Shown here: positions 30,040 to 39,838 of the stretch, in pieces
Layout of the letters: every line of letters starts with the position of its first letter
How positions within the stretch are numbered: the stretch's first letter is position 1
Source of the DNA: Candidatus Uhrbacteria bacterium RIFCSPHIGHO2_01_FULL_63_20
GTDB lineage: Bacteria > Patescibacteriota > Patescibacteriia > UBA9934 > GWF2-40-263
Length of the DNA stretch: 64,000 nucleotides
Assembly: GCA_001791045.1 (NCBI GenBank)
Contig: MGDT01000004.1
Coordinates: forward strand, 136,767 to 200,766
Reading direction: 5' to 3'
Program-made: the position numbers and the translations under genes
Notes under the pieces: model-generated
Told to the model about the DNA's origin: nothing
Seen by the model: only the letters and a program-made list of their open reading frames with translations
The model's database searches: none

Positions 30040-31167
30040 TTAGGTTCGCAAAAAATCGGAAATCCTGCCGCCGGCCTTCAGGAGGTCCGTGACAGCCTGG
30101 CGCTCCTTCACGCGTCCGACCAAGGTCGCCCCGACCAATTTCCCGCCACGGCCGAACAGCTGGATCACCCCCTCGCGCGCGTCCCCGATCACGCGCACCT
30201 CATCAGACTTTTCACGGCTCGCGTCGCCCACGAAGGTGACCTGGATCCCGAGCGCGTTCGTCGAGTATGAGGAGACGAGACGGAGCGGCTTATTCTCCCC
30301 GGCCATGTTCGCGGCCACGGCGCGACCTTGCATCTGCGCGTTCATCCAGTTCCCCACCAACCGCTGCCGACCGACGGCGAGATCCATGAACTCGGCGACG
30401 TCCCCGGCCGCGAACACGCCCGGAACGTTCGTTTGAAGAAACTCGTCGGTCTTCACCCCCTGGTTCACGTCCACTCCAGCCTCGCGCGCCCATCCAAAAT
30501 TCCCTTCAAGTCCGATACCCACTCCGACGAGGTTTTCTCCACCGAGCGGAAATTCCTCAACCCCTGTCCGTACCTCAACCCCCTCGACTTCCAATTTCGT
30601 CCGTATGATCTCCCATGACCCCTCATCAAGCGCCTTGGGCCAAAACCGGTCCCCGCGGCAGGCGACGTCGAACAGGATGCCGTAATGGGAAAACAGCTCC
30701 GCGAACTCGCACGCGATGAACCCGCTGCCGTAGACGACGGCACGTCCGGAAACGCCTTCATGGATCAGCTGCAAGATGTGGTCCGCGTCATCCAGGGTCT
30801 GGAGGTAGCACACCCCGCGCCGGTCCTCGGGCAGCACGCGCGGTTCCCCGCCGCTTGCGATGAGCAGGCGGTCGTATTCTCTCTCCCGGCCGTCGGAAAG
30901 CGACACGAATCTGTTCGTGACGTCGAGGTTCCGCACCGAAATCCCTGGCAGCCATTCGATCCGTTGCTCGGCGTACCACTCGGGCTTCTTGAGGAACACC
31001 CGTTCGCGCGGCACCTTGCCCTTAAGGTAGTGCGGCAACAGCACCCGGCTGTACAGCGGATGGATCTCCTCGCTCACGAGCGTGATGGAGGCGTCGGGGT
31101 CGCGTCGGCGCAGCTCCTCGGCCGCGGTGGTGCCGGCGATCCCCCCGCCGACGATGACGAAACGCAT
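30040..31167 (-). CDS. FAD-dependent pyridine nucleotide-disulfide oxidoreductase (ferredoxin/rubredoxin reductase-like)
   Basis: IVGGGIAG, YDRLLIASG, GSGFIACE, VFAAGDVA. Confidence 0.88.
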   Translation of the reverse strand: MRFVIVGGGIAGTTAAEELRRRDPDASITLVSEEIHPLYSRVLLPHYLKGKVPRERVFLKKPEWYAEQRIEWLPGISVRNLDVTNRFVSLSDGREREYDRLLIASGGEPRVLPEDRRGVCYLQTLDDADHILQLIHEGVSGRAVVYGSGFIACEFAELFSHYGILFDVACRGDRFWPKALDEGSWEIIRTKLEVEGVEVRTGVEEFPLGGENLVGVGIGLEGNFGWAREAGVDVNQGVKTDEFLQTNVPGVFAAGDVAEFMDLAVGRQRLVGNWMNAQMQGRAVAANMAGENKPLRLVSSYSTNALGIQVTFVGDASREKSDEVRVIGDAREGVIQLFGRGGKLVGATLVGRVKERQAVTDLLKAGGRISDFLRT

Positions 31168-31171
31168 GCGG

Positions 31172-31441
31172 TCACGGTTCGGGAAACAACTGTTTTCCCG
31201 CCTCATCGAAAATGAAGATGGCGAGCGTCGGGCAGGACTGGGCCGCGAGCAGGATGTTCTCCTTCTCGGCCTCGGTCACCTCGATCTCGCGCTCATAGGC
31301 GGGACCGCCCGGCGCGTTCCCGTGGTCGTACACCTCGGCCTTGTTCTCGGCGTTCAGCTGGAACGTGGCCGCGTCGATGGTGACGCAGGAGGCCGCCCCG
31401 ATGCACAGGTCCGGGTCCACTTTGATCTTGAGCTTTGGCAT
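31172..31441 (-). CDS. ferredoxin (probably 3Fe-4S)
   Basis: CIGAASC...AAQSCPTLAI. Confidence 0.88.
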   Translation of the reverse strand: MPKLKIKVDPDLCIGAASCVTIDAATFQLNAENKAEVYDHGNAPGGPAYEREIEVTEAEKENILLAAQSCPTLAIFIFDEAGKQLFPEP

Positions 31442-31442
31442 A

Positions 31443-32081
31443 TCAACCGAAATACTTTTCGCGATAGAACCGGATGAGATCCTCGACCGCCGGCAACACG
31501 CCCGGGTTCCCGATCCCCACCTTGGTCTTTTGCTGCACCGCTTCGAGCGTGTGCGCCCCTTCGAGCACCGCCTCCTCGATGTCATGGTCGGTGACCTTGG
31601 CCACCAGGTCCACGACGCGCGAGGCTTCGACCACGATGCGGTCGAATCGGCCCGCGCGGCGGTAGAAATCGTTGATCGCGTCGCGCAGCGCCTTGTCGCA
31701 CAGGACCGAGCAGTGGAACTTGCGCGCCGGCAGCCCGCCCAGCCGGTTCATGATGTCCATGGGTTTCAAGGCGCGCGCTTCCTCAAGCGTCATCCCGCCG
31801 TTCTCGGTCACCATCACCGATGCCACCGAGGTCGAGGCGATCGCGCTCCCGCACCCGAACGTCTTCCAGCGGAACTCCCGGATGCGTTCGCTCCCCGGAT
31901 CCACCTTCAGCCACACGCGCAGCTCGTCGCCGCACGCCGGAGAGCCCACCTTTCCGGTCGCGTCGTACTCGTCCGTGGCCACGTCGCGGTCCATGAAGTT
32001 CTTCGGATGGAAAAAATGCTCCTTCACGATGTCCGTGTAGAACCAGGACTGCTTGCGGTCGCGACTGCTCACGTCAGACAT
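31443..32081 (-). CDS. iscU: IscU/NifU-type Fe-S scaffold with C-terminal BFD-like domain
   Basis: GSPACGD, FGCGSAIAS, KFHCSVL. Confidence 0.9.
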   Translation of the reverse strand: MSDVSSRDRKQSWFYTDIVKEHFFHPKNFMDRDVATDEYDATGKVGSPACGDELRVWLKVDPGSERIREFRWKTFGCGSAIASTSVASVMVTENGGMTLEEARALKPMDIMNRLGGLPARKFHCSVLCDKALRDAINDFYRRAGRFDRIVVEASRVVDLVAKVTDHDIEEAVLEGAHTLEAVQQKTKVGIGNPGVLPAVEDLIRFYREKYFG

Positions 32082-33276
32082 AATACTTTTCATCGACCCT
32101 GACCGGGGAGATGGCGCGCAGCTTCTGCACGAGCGGCGGGAGCGTGTCGAGCACGTAATCCACGTCCGCCTCGGTGGTGGCGCGGCCCAGGCTGAATCGC
32201 AGCGACCCGTGGGCGACCTCGTAGGGAAGCCCCAGGGAGAGAATCACGTGGCTGGGCTCGAGCGCGGCGCTGGTACAAGCCGAGCCGGTGGAGGCCTCGA
32301 TCCCCGCCGCATCAAGGTACAGCAACAGCGCTTCCCCTTCCATGTCGAGGAACGACAGGTTGGCGTTGTTGGGGAGCCGAAGCGTGGCATGGCCGTTGAG
32401 CCGCGACTTCGGGACGCGTGCGAGCAGGCCGCCGATGAGCGTGTCGCGCAGCGCGATGAGCCGCGCGTTCTCGGCTTCCCGTATCTCGGAGGAGATCTCG
32501 AGCGCCGTGGCGAGACCGACCGCGCCTGCCACGTTCTCGGTGCCCGGACGGATGCCGCGCTCCTGCGTCCCGCCGAACTGGAGCGGCTGGAGCTTCACCC
32601 CGCGCTTCGCGTACAAGGCGCCGATCCCTTTCGGCCCATAAATCTTCCCGCCGTTGATCGTGAGCAGCTCCACGCGCAGCTTCTCCACGTCGAGTTCCAT
32701 GGCCCCGGCCCCCTGGCAGGCGTCGGTGTGCAGCACGGCCTTGGTATGCCCCGCCTCGCGGAGCTTCTTGAGCCGCTTGCCGATGTCCGCGACCGGTTGG
32801 ATGGTGCCGATCTCGTTGTTCGCGAGCATCACCGACACGAGCACGGTGTCCGGACGCACCGCGGCGATCGCGTCATCCGCGCTCACGATCCCGTCACGGC
32901 CAGGCGAGACGTACGTCGCGGTGAATCCTTCTTTCTTTTCCAGGTGACCGACGGACTCCAGGACGGCCGGATGCTCGAACGCCGATGTCACCAAGTGACA
33001 TCCGTTCGCTTTATTCGCCCGCGCATAGCCCAATACGGCCAGATTGTCCGATTCGGTCCCGCCCGAGGTGAACAGGATCTCGTCGGGTCGCGCATGGATG
33101 AGCGACGCGATGCGGGTTCGCGCGTCGTCGAGCGCGTCCTTCGCCTCCTTGCCGTCGCCGTGGAAGCTCGACGGGTTGCCCCCGGCCCCCTCGAGGAACG
33201 GCCGCATGGAACGAAGCACGCGGCTGTCGAGCGGCGCGGCGGCGGCGTGGTCCAGGTAGACGTGGCGGGTGGCCAT
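32074..33276 (-). CDS. iscS: cysteine desulfurase IscS/NifS
   Basis: YLDHAA, GNPSS, FTSGGTES, NNEIG, KIYGPKG, STGSAC. Confidence 0.95.
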   Translation of the reverse strand: MATRHVYLDHAAAAPLDSRVLRSMRPFLEGAGGNPSSFHGDGKEAKDALDDARTRIASLIHARPDEILFTSGGTESDNLAVLGYARANKANGCHLVTSAFEHPAVLESVGHLEKKEGFTATYVSPGRDGIVSADDAIAAVRPDTVLVSVMLANNEIGTIQPVADIGKRLKKLREAGHTKAVLHTDACQGAGAMELDVEKLRVELLTINGGKIYGPKGIGALYAKRGVKLQPLQFGGTQERGIRPGTENVAGAVGLATALEISSEIREAENARLIALRDTLIGGLLARVPKSRLNGHATLRLPNNANLSFLDMEGEALLLYLDAAGIEASTGSACTSAALEPSHVILSLGLPYEVAHGSLRFSLGRATTEADVDYVLDTLPPLVQKLRAISPVRVDEKYYV

Positions 33277-33327
33277 AATGATTGGTCACCTTAGCAGCGA
33301 AAACGGCCCCGTTCAAGGGGCCGTGAC

Positions 33328-33876
33328 CTAGAGAGAAACGCTGAACGTGTCCCGCACGAATGTCCCGATGAAATACCCGATGGACGCGGCGGCCATGGAG
33401 ATAAACAGCATCTCGAGCCCCGAGCGCAGACGGTCGCGCTTGGTGAACTTCGCGCTCCACACGCCGAGAGCAAACAGGGCGATCACGGTCATCACGATGG
33501 ATGGGAGAAAGGCGGAATGGATCGGGAGGAACAGGTAGGGGATGAGCGGGACGAACCCGCCGACCAGGTAGAACACCCCCATCACCGACGCGGCTCGGCG
33601 CGGGGAGATTTCTCCTTGACGGCGTGGGCGGTGACCGTCCTTGTCGCTCGCGCGTTCGGCCGCTTCGTAGGATTTGGTGGAAAGATAGCTCCCGGCCGTC
33701 ATGGACGTGGCCTCCACCGCGATGAGCACGAGGCCCGAGAGGATCACCACGAACCGGCTGTCGGTCCCCACCGCGATGCCGGTGATGGTGCCGAGCGTGG
33801 ACACCAGGCTGTCTTCCAGCCCGAAGATGATCTCGCGCATCGAGGACACGATCTGGGTGCGAAGCGTCTTGAGCAT
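33328..33876 (-). CDS. VIT1/CCC1 iron transporter family protein
   Basis: REIIFGLEDSLVSTLG, SMTAGSYLS, VPLIPY. Confidence 0.88.
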   Translation of the reverse strand: MLKTLRTQIVSSMREIIFGLEDSLVSTLGTITGIAVGTDSRFVVILSGLVLIAVEATSMTAGSYLSTKSYEAAERASDKDGHRPRRQGEISPRRAASVMGVFYLVGGFVPLIPYLFLPIHSAFLPSIVMTVIALFALGVWSAKFTKRDRLRSGLEMLFISMAAASIGYFIGTFVRDTFSVSL

Positions 33877-33922
33877 AGCGTCATCATTATACCCCCTGCT
33901 ATACTCCCAGAGAATCGTCCAT

Positions 33923-34456
33923 ATGAAACTTCCTGACCCCATCCGACCATTCGACCAGGCCACCCTCATCGTGGTCACCGACAACGTTCAGGCCAAGCTG
34001 TTCCGAGCCGATGGCCGGAACGTGGAGCTTGTAAGCGTCATGAGCCAAAAGCTGGAGCCCATGGAGCAAGAACGCATGGCGATCGCGACCGGCGCCGGCA
34101 TGCGAAGCGGCGACGAGCATAACCCGGGCGACCTCAAGGCCTGGACGCGCGAGCATCTCTACTCGGAGCTGTCGAAGGAGCTCATGCGCCGCCTGCAAAA
34201 CGGGGAGTTCGAACGACTCGCCTTCTGCGCCCCCGAGGAGCATGTGGAGGAGTTGAAGGAGTGCCTGCACGTGGAACTGCTGAAACGCGCCGATGCGTTC
34301 GTGCCCAAACTGCTCACGAACGACGACCTCCAGGATATCGTGGCGCACGTGCAGGAAGAGATGCCAAGCGTGCCGGCGGCGGCGATCGACCCGCATCACC
34401 CGCCGGTGCAACGCGGGAAGAACAAGAACAAAGGACGTACGCCCAAGATGGGTTGA
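33923..34456 (+). CDS. host-attachment/baeRF-like family protein
   Basis: LIVVTD..AKLF, L..L..GEFERLAFCAP, KLLT pattern. Confidence 0.55.
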   Translation: MKLPDPIRPFDQATLIVVTDNVQAKLFRADGRNVELVSVMSQKLEPMEQERMAIATGAGMRSGDEHNPGDLKAWTREHLYSELSKELMRRLQNGEFERLAFCAPEEHVEELKECLHVELLKRADAFVPKLLTNDDLQDIVAHVQEEMPSVPAAAIDPHHPPVQRGKNKNKGRTPKMG

Positions 34457-34490
34457 TTCGCCGCGGGAATTCTGCTACATTCCCGCACGC

Positions 34491-34566
34491 GGCCACGTGG
34501 CGAAGTGGTTAACGCGGCGGTCTGCAAAACCGCTATCCATCGGTTCAAATCCGATCGTGGCCTCCA
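34491..34566 (+). tRNA. tRNA-Cys(GCA)
   Basis: GGCCACGTGGCGAAGTGG...CTGCAAA...GTTCAAATCC...CCA. Confidence 0.95.
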
Positions 34567-34735
34567 AAAACGCACCCTCACGGGCGCGTTTTTGTTTCGA
34601 TACAACTATCGAAATGTACGTCGAGGTAATGGTCCAAGAACGGCCGGACGAGATCGTTAAGTAAGGTATGGGGGATTAATCGGAAGCCGTCGATCATAGT
34701 AGTACCTTCAGTGTTACTGAATGGGTTCCAAACAA

Positions 34736-34766
34736 AATAGGAGTCGACCGTCAGTCGACTCCTATT
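34736..34766. terminator. intrinsic terminator hairpin
   Basis: AATAGGAGTCGAC-CGTCA-GTCGACTCCTATT. Confidence 0.7.
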
Positions 34767-34795
34767 GCGCTAGCGGTCTCGCTGATGCAAGGATT

Positions 34796-35095
34796 TTATT
34801 CGTCGTTAGAGACTTCTACATCCTCCGGAATTGATGCCCAAATTGCATTGTACCAACGGAACGCGTTATCTACCCGTTCTGAGTGTAGTTTTTCTGAATC
34901 AAATGGTTCACGTAATGGCATTGGAGCCTTTGCACCACAGACAGGGCAATAATTTACCGGTTGGAAATTAACTCCATCTGTTACCCAATACATGATGCCA
35001 GACCGTTCTTGGACCTCAAAACAGAAATACATGACAAGATGGCGTAGTGATCTTTGTTTGTATGGCATCAGGCATCGATGCCTATTGCTGGTCAT
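34796..35095 (-). CDS. small zinc-binding (HxC...YCPxCG) protein, low GC
   Basis: GGAGG RBS; HRC...VNYCPVCGAKAP. Confidence 0.7.
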   Translation of the reverse strand: MTSNRHRCLMPYKQRSLRHLVMYFCFEVQERSGIMYWVTDGVNFQPVNYCPVCGAKAPMPLREPFDSEKLHSERVDNAFRWYNAIWASIPEDVEVSNDE

Positions 35096-35267
35096 TCTTT
35101 CCTCCTTCTCCAATTGCGACAAGAGCTGCGTTGTGAACGAACTGCGGGCGGAATTGCCCGTTCGAACCGATCGAATGCGTCGATCCGTTTGAACGAGGCC
35201 CAGTACCACAACAAAGTAGTGATACTGGGCAAGCACGAGTGAAAACCACTCGTGCCGATGTATATCG

Positions 35268-35723
35268 TTAGAGGCCGTCGAATAGTTTGTTTATCCGCTC
35301 TTTATTTTCAGAATCCTCAGGAAAAAACAACACATTAGCTACCCGCCAGTACAATTCACCCACTTGATTCTCCTTCAAGCCTTGAGCTGCCGTCGCAAGT
35401 AGACGTCTTGGGATTTTCTTTTTCTCGCGAAGACGAAGTCTCATCCTGCGTCTGGCCGCACGCATGTCGAGTTCTGGGAGCGGGATTGCTCTCGCTTCGA
35501 TATCCTTATTGAAATCCAGTCGGGATGTAGGCGCCTTTGCTCCGCACATCGGGCAATAGCTCACCCACAAAACGACCCAAGAATCCAATGCTTTCCATGC
35601 AACAAATTTTCCATCCTGTTCCTCATAACAGAATGTTTCCTCAAGGTAATCGATGGATTTGAAGCGACACGCGTGGAAGTGTGCATCAGGCACGTATAAC
35701 TCCTTGTTGCGGCGCGAAGCCAT
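35268..35723 (-). CDS. zinc-binding (HxC...YCPxCG) protein, low GC, paralog of its neighbour
   Basis: HAC...VSYCPMCGAKAP. Confidence 0.7.
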   Translation of the reverse strand: MASRRNKELYVPDAHFHACRFKSIDYLEETFCYEEQDGKFVAWKALDSWVVLWVSYCPMCGAKAPTSRLDFNKDIEARAIPLPELDMRAARRRMRLRLREKKKIPRRLLATAAQGLKENQVGELYWRVANVLFFPEDSENKERINKLFDGL

Positions 35724-35902
35724 ATTGTGATGGAACGATCGCCTCCGGAGAGGCGCTGCTCGCCACGAGTTTCTCTCTCCTCATGGCTCCCGAAACTCGC
35801 GAACGTCGCGGGCTTTGGGAGCCGCGCAAGACGAGAACCGTCTTACGCAGATTTACGGGCGCTAGTCATGTTCGGCATTCGTCTCGTGCGTGGCGCTCTC
35901 GC

Positions 35903-36130
35903 TTAGACGCGCCGTCTCGGCTTGGGCGATCGTGCGGTCATCCTCATCGTCTGTCGGAGTCCGAACCTCCTGCGGAGCCGCATCCGTGCACTGCGGGGCA
36001 TAGGAGAATCGTGGCCCCAAAACCACCACGGCTTCCAAAACTCGGCATATCGCCTCCTGGTGCGCCGTAGCACGTGGCCTGGATGTCTCCAGACACCGGC
36101 GAATGCCGATGATTCAGAAAAGAGTTTCAT
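35903..36130 (-). CDS. small Arg-rich hypothetical protein
   Basis: ATG ORF downstream of a TTGACT-17-TAGGGT promoter-like site. Confidence 0.35.
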   Translation of the reverse strand: MKLFSESSAFAGVWRHPGHVLRRTRRRYAEFWKPWWFWGHDSPMPRSARMRLRRRFGLRQTMRMTARSPKPRRRV

Positions 36131-36281
36131 TCCTCAATTCTTATGTACACCCTACCACTCAAAAGTGTCTTAGTCAATGGTTTGACTGGCTATCTTAGCC
36201 AAATTGCCTAATGCACTAGTCAGAATAGAAAATTTGTGCTAGTCTAGAATCCAGAGTCGGAAATGGCTCCGCTAATCCAAT

Positions 36282-37571
36282 ATGGTGGAAATTCGCCTAA
36301 AATCCATTGCAAATCGGCTTGGGAAAAGCGTTTCGGATATTGCCCGGGAAACCGGGCTCAATCGGAATACGGTCACGGGCCTGTTCCATGACAAGGTCGA
36401 TGGAATCAAGTTCGCGACCATCGACCTCCTGTGCGACACCTATGGGATCCGCCTTGAAGACTTAATCGTCCGCAAGGAGACGCGGGTGGGCGCGGCTCCT
36501 GGGTCGAGGATCATCCGCGAGTTGCGAATGGAACCGCCGTTTTTCTCATGGGCTCCGCTCAATGCTCTGCACAAGCCCCCGGCACATTTTTTCCAGGACG
36601 GGGTCGGCAAATCGTACACATTTTTCGCCCGTGGGCAGACTGAACGGTTTTTCGACCGCGCGGAACTGAATCGCTTCGCCTCGCGCACGCTCGAGCGGTA
36701 CGAGGGTGATGGGGCCATGGAGGTCCATGCGGCGTTCCTCCGAGCCCGCGACCAGCTCGCGGCCGCGGTCGCCGGCCTCGCGGCACAGCCGGTCGGCCGA
36801 TTCCTGAACGCCGATCTTCCGAAGACGGCGCAGCGACTGTCAGATTTGCGTTCCGACATGCTTTCGACGAGCCAATGGATCGACGCGTTCGACTGCGGCA
36901 TGCGCGACGAGCGAGTCGGGCAGGTGGAAAGAGCGCACGGATTCACGCGCGCCGAGACCTCGCTGCTTCTCGCTTCCGGTGAACAGACCCCGTCGGTGCT
37001 GCGACGACTCGCGGTATTGAGACTCGCGCAGGCGAATACAGGGGTGGAGCACAGGGATGCCAAGAAGTTCCTGTCCGCGTACCCGTTCGTGAGCGCGGAA
37101 GAACTTGCGGCGGACATCGAGGCGTATGCGAAACGACCCGAAACGCTTGCCTTCGAGGTCGAGACGCTTTCGCGCCTGCCGAAGGCACACGCGGATGCTG
37201 TCCGAAACCTCCTTCGCGTGAAAAATCTGCGCATAAACCCGCTGGAATTCTTCGCCCGCCTCGATGCTTGGCGCGACGAACGGGAGGAAGCTGACCGCGG
37301 GGCGCGCTTCCAACTCGATCGCCTGCTGCGCGTCATCGCCGAACGCTCCCACCTCGCCTACCCGCTTGCGCTTTATCTGCTCCCGCAGGAATCTGAGGGC
37401 GCGCTGAACGGCCTCGTGGGCGAACAGGCGCTTCAAACGCGACGCGACGAGGGGTTCCTTGTCGCGTTGGAGCACGGCGGATACAAGGCATATGAAGGCG
37501 CTTGGGCCGTTTCTGTGCAGGACGACCTCGTGAGCCGCAACATGAGCCAACTCGCCTATGCGAACCTTTAG
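36282..37571 (+). CDS. Cro/C1 (HTH_26) regulator fused to a large helical domain
   Basis: SVSDIARETGLNRNTVTGLF...IKFATIDLLCDTYG. Confidence 0.8.
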   Translation: MVEIRLKSIANRLGKSVSDIARETGLNRNTVTGLFHDKVDGIKFATIDLLCDTYGIRLEDLIVRKETRVGAAPGSRIIRELRMEPPFFSWAPLNALHKPPAHFFQDGVGKSYTFFARGQTERFFDRAELNRFASRTLERYEGDGAMEVHAAFLRARDQLAAAVAGLAAQPVGRFLNADLPKTAQRLSDLRSDMLSTSQWIDAFDCGMRDERVGQVERAHGFTRAETSLLLASGEQTPSVLRRLAVLRLAQANTGVEHRDAKKFLSAYPFVSAEELAADIEAYAKRPETLAFEVETLSRLPKAHADAVRNLLRVKNLRINPLEFFARLDAWRDEREEADRGARFQLDRLLRVIAERSHLAYPLALYLLPQESEGALNGLVGEQALQTRRDEGFLVALEHGGYKAYEGAWAVSVQDDLVSRNMSQLAYANL

Positions 37572-38565
37572 GAAAATCTTCGCGGTCGACAATGCGCTCA
37601 TCACGCTCGAGGTGTGGGAGCGCCATCAGACGGAAGGATTGAAAACGAAGTTCGGCAGCGGCACGCCCGTGTCGGTGTTCGACGTGAATGCCGGCGTCAC
37701 GGACGCGTACTACCAGGACGCGACGCTCCAAACGATTCGGGACGTGCTGACGGAAGAACAGAAGAATAACCCGAAGTTTTTCTTCGAGGCGATGGATCGT
37801 TACGAAGCCGAACTCGACGCGATCCAGAAGGTCATCGCGGAAGGAAAACCGCTTCCGGACGTCCAGACGCTCATGGCCTTCGCGGCGCGGTTCGAGCAGG
37901 CATGGATCGGCCTCGATGAATCCTATATGCCGGATTACGTCGCCATGGATGCGTCAGCCGAGCGCCGTTCGACCGTGGCGCGCGAGAAGGCGTTCGGGTT
38001 TTATGTCGGCGCGGACAGGCTCATCCGGCGCACGCTCGAAGCGCTCTTCCCAAGCCTTGGCGTGCATTCGAAATACCTGACGCTTGAAGAGGTGATGAGC
38101 GGGAAGCTGCCGGATATCTCCAAACTCGACGCGCGAGCGTTACATTTCATCTATTACAAGGATCAGGTGCTCATCGGGATATCGTTCGAGGACTTCTGCA
38201 AGACCGAAGGGATCCGCATCGAATCCGTCTTCGCGCCTCTGCGCGATCATCTGCGCGGGCAGGTCGCTTCGCGTGGGAGCGCGCAAGGACCGGTCCGCAT
38301 CATCGAGACGGACACGAACCGCGACCGGGTGAAGGGTGGCGACGTCCTCGTGGCGCGGGAGGCGGGACCACGCGACCTCGCATTGATCGAGCGCGCCTCG
38401 GCCTTGGTCCTTGATGAGGGTTCGTACTACGGAGCGGCCGCCATCGCCGCCCGCGCAGCAGGCAAGCCGTGCGTATTCGCGACCAGGATCGCGACCATGG
38501 TGCTACAGGAGAGCGAGAACGTCATCGTAGATGGGGATTCGGGGATGATTCGAGAAGCACGGTGA
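37558..38565 (+). CDS. PEP-utilizing enzyme mobile-domain protein lacking the catalytic His
   Basis: LRGQVASRG..QGPVRII, GDVLVA, DEG...AAIAAR..GKPCV, VDGDSG. Confidence 0.8.
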   Translation: MRTFRKIFAVDNALITLEVWERHQTEGLKTKFGSGTPVSVFDVNAGVTDAYYQDATLQTIRDVLTEEQKNNPKFFFEAMDRYEAELDAIQKVIAEGKPLPDVQTLMAFAARFEQAWIGLDESYMPDYVAMDASAERRSTVAREKAFGFYVGADRLIRRTLEALFPSLGVHSKYLTLEEVMSGKLPDISKLDARALHFIYYKDQVLIGISFEDFCKTEGIRIESVFAPLRDHLRGQVASRGSAQGPVRIIETDTNRDRVKGGDVLVAREAGPRDLALIERASALVLDEGSYYGAAAIAARAAGKPCVFATRIATMVLQESENVIVDGDSGMIREAR

Positions 38566-38581
38566 CCGCGGAGGACGTTTC

Positions 38582-38622
38582 TTGACAGGGATGAAAAGGG
38601 TGTATATCATATCCATATACAC
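38582..38622 (+). promoter_or_regulatory. brnTA promoter with overlapping operator palindrome
   Basis: TTGACA-17 bp-TATCAT; inverted repeat GTGTATAT...ATATACAC at 38600-38622. Confidence 0.7.
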
Positions 38623-38624
38623 TT

Positions 38625-38921
38625 ATGCTTCCTGACCTGGGGAACCTCACCGGCTTCGAATGGGATGCGGGGAATGAACGGAAAAGCGCCTCCAAGCACG
38701 GAGTGGCTCCCAGGGAATGCGAGGAAGCCTTCTTCAATGATCCGGTCCTTCTCCTCGACGATCACGGACATTCCTTGAAAGAACCGCGTTTCCACCTGTT
38801 GGGAAGGACGGACGCTCATCGAAAACTCTTCATCACGTTCACCGTCAGGAAAACACGCATCCGAGTCATCTCTGCCCGACCGATGAACCGAAAAGAACGG
38901 ATCATTTATGAAAAAACTTAA
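38625..38921 (+). CDS. BrnT-family toxin
   Basis: FEWDAGN...KHGV...E.RF..LG...IRVISAR. Confidence 0.92.
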   Translation: MLPDLGNLTGFEWDAGNERKSASKHGVAPRECEEAFFNDPVLLLDDHGHSLKEPRFHLLGRTDAHRKLFITFTVRKTRIRVISARPMNRKERIIYEKT

Positions 38922-39177
38922 AAAAATTCCGAATTTCACCTCCGAATCCGCCGAACGGAAGTTTTGGGAAACGCATGATTCTACCGAGTACCTAAACTGG
39001 TCCAAGGCCAAACGGGGCTCGTTTCCCAACCTCCAGCCATCGACACAAACCATCTCGCTTCGCCTGCCCGAATCCCTTCTGAATCGCGTGAAGGTCGCGG
39101 CACGTAAGCGTGATGTCCCGTATCAAAGCCTGATCAAGATCCTGGTCGACCGGGGGTTGGAGACGGTGGCGAAGTAA
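38908..39177 (+). CDS. BrnA/CopG-family antitoxin
   Basis: IPNF.SE..ER.FWETHDS, ISLRLP, VPYQSLIK. Confidence 0.92.
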   Translation: MKKLKKIPNFTSESAERKFWETHDSTEYLNWSKAKRGSFPNLQPSTQTISLRLPESLLNRVKVAARKRDVPYQSLIKILVDRGLETVAK

Positions 39178-39215
39178 AACAAAACACCCGCTGATGGCGG
39201 GTGTTTTGCATTGGA

Positions 39216-39749
39216 TCAGTACACTTCCACGAGCGCGTGCTTGCGACCGAATTGCCGCGCCGCCTGTCGGTCCTCCATCCAAATGTCCATCGCCTGGGCG
39301 TACCGCGCGTTCATCCGGTCTTCGACCACGAACTCCTTGTCGCCGAACAGCGCGGGGATCCGCACCTTGGTGCCGATCGGGAGGAAGTTCGCGGCCACGA
39401 TGCCGTCGCGCACGTGGGTGCCCGACGCCGTGATGAACGGCGTGTCATCCGTCTGCCAGGGGTCGGAGTTGTACGCCGTGATCGGGACCCGCACTTGCCA
39501 CTTCCAGTCCGGCTTGGGCGTCGGAGGCAGCTTCCCGTACGGCATGAGCTCGTTGCGCATCGCGTTCACGCGAAGTTCGATCGCGCGCGCCTGTTCCGCG
39601 AGGTGCGGATCCACGTCCGCGAGCGCGACGCTCGGGAACAGCGCGGTGATGAGCAGGAGGCAGGAGGACGCGAGCGAGAGGTCCCAAGCATGCCGACGCA
39701 AAAACCGTCGCCATCCGGGACTCCCCACCATCGACGGGAAGGAGGCCAT
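39216..39749 (-). CDS. 3D-domain protein (peptidoglycan lytic transglycosylase-like)
   Basis: TAYNS..QTDDTPFITASG, VAANFLPIGT, VEDRM, DIW. Confidence 0.85.
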   Translation of the reverse strand: MASFPSMVGSPGWRRFLRRHAWDLSLASSCLLLITALFPSVALADVDPHLAEQARAIELRVNAMRNELMPYGKLPPTPKPDWKWQVRVPITAYNSDPWQTDDTPFITASGTHVRDGIVAANFLPIGTKVRIPALFGDKEFVVEDRMNARYAQAMDIWMEDRQAARQFGRKHALVEVY

Positions 39750-39838
39750 ATGTGGGCGGCATTGTACGTTCCTGTGGCGGGCGGGTCAACGGATAACTTG
39801 GAAAATACGCTCAAATCCGCTACGATTCCCCTCAATCT

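Noticed and set aside
36073..36080. CGTGGCCT match to the tRNA-Cys 3' end as a possible attR
   Set aside because: Only 8 bp, expected by chance, and there is no integrase.
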